From Amoebophrya sp. A120 (lineage: Eukaryota > Protista > Dinoflagellata): a DNA stretch of 64,000 bases. Both the position numbers and the translations under genes were made by a program. Location of the stretch: contig CAJINV010000015.1 of the NCBI GenBank assembly GCA_905178155.1, forward strand, positions 124,001 through 188,000, read 5' to 3'. A model generated the notes under the pieces. It did no database searches. It saw only the letters and a list, made by a program, of their open reading frames with translations, and was not told the DNA's origin. Every line of letters begins with the position of its first letter. Positions within the stretch are counted from its first letter, which is position 1. Shown in pieces: positions 63,117-64,000 of this stretch.

Positions 63117-64000
63117 ATAGCCCGCCAGAAAACCACAAAAGCAGAACTTATCGCCCTTGGACGCCCGGGCGCAGTGCAATGCCAGGGGCGCGGCGCCCTC
63201 TGCGGCCCAAGCCGCACCTTCAAGGGCGGGCGCACTGCCCTATGCGGCCCGACGCAGACGCAAGCTCAAGGGCGCAAGGCCCTACGAAGCCTTTCCCGGG
63301 CGCCCTGCTGACTATGGCGCCGCGCTCGAGGGCGGTTTGCCCCATGCAACCTCACATCAACATCAAGTGCGCTGCCCTATAAAGCCCGAAGAACGGCCGC
63401 AATTTCACGGCCATTTTGCGCGATGTGGCCGGTGCTGGGTCGCAACGAAAAGCAAGTCGTCCCTCGACCGCTTTACCGGCAACTCGCCTCTCAGCCGTTC
63501 GCACCACAGCGCATCAGAGGCAGATCACCCCGCACCCGCTCCGAAGCGACCTCAAAGGCAAACCACCCCCACGACCAACTAGAATCGACCTCAAACGAAA
63601 CACAAATCGCGCCAGGCAAGTCGCACAACAAAAGCTCAACCCCAACCAAGGGCCAGGCGCCCGGCAGCCGCTCAGGCGCTGCATGCTTGCGCGCAATTTG
63701 AAAGGGAGGCCACCCCTCAGCAACTCCAGCGTGATTGCAAGAGCAGCGCGCCCCGGGCTGTTCATCTGGCGCGATTTCAAGGGCGCCCCGCCAAATCGGG
63801 CCCTTTTTAACGGCCGGAACAGCAGGCCCTGCAACTTGCGGCGACCGGCACCCCAGCCACACACTGAGATGGTGACTCGGCAGCAAACCCGTGGACCCAC
63901 GACCCGGGGTAGCCCGAGTACAGCACTCCAAATGCCCACACCCAAGAAGCAAAAACGCGCCCCCGTGGAAAGAATTTTCGCCGGCCAGCCGCGAGCGAAC

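Noticed and set aside
62300-63311. ORFs rich in K/E or F/S/L
   Set aside because: Derived from a pyrimidine-rich low-complexity tract and palindromes
1-64000. Autonomous transposase for the introners; tRNA/rRNA genes
   Set aside because: No DDE-transposase-like ORF or structural RNA gene recognised in this window

Overview
Eukaryotic genomic DNA (~50% GC), most consistent with a Syndiniales dinoflagellate such as Amoebophrya; this is an inference from intron architecture, not a database match. Two long paralogous minus-strand genes dominate the window. Gene A spans 45374->18598 (49 exons, ~2998 aa). Gene B spans 14506->beyond base 1 (>=2119 codons). They are interrupted by 60 non-GT-AG introns. 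Each is a MITE-like 'introner' with terminal inverted repeats (TIRs; almost always TAT...ATA) and a 5-bp target-site duplication (TSD). Removing each element plus one TSD copy restores the frame at every junction I translated, and the summed exon lengths are multiples of 3. About ten TIR families share one repeated internal motif (TTGTVATGC/GCATBACAA), occur in both orientations, and leave no spacer shorter than 42 bp. Three introners carry nested insertions: (i) a 4.7-kb Helitron-like element holding a ~185-copy 19-bp satellite; (ii) a full-length APE-RT LINE with a candidate HDV-like ribozyme at its 5' end and an unusual extra ORF downstream of the RT; (iii) a 189-bp insert. One canonical GT-AG intron sits in gene B. 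The right third of the window holds repeat arrays, retroelement relics and two poorly resolved genes with decayed introners.
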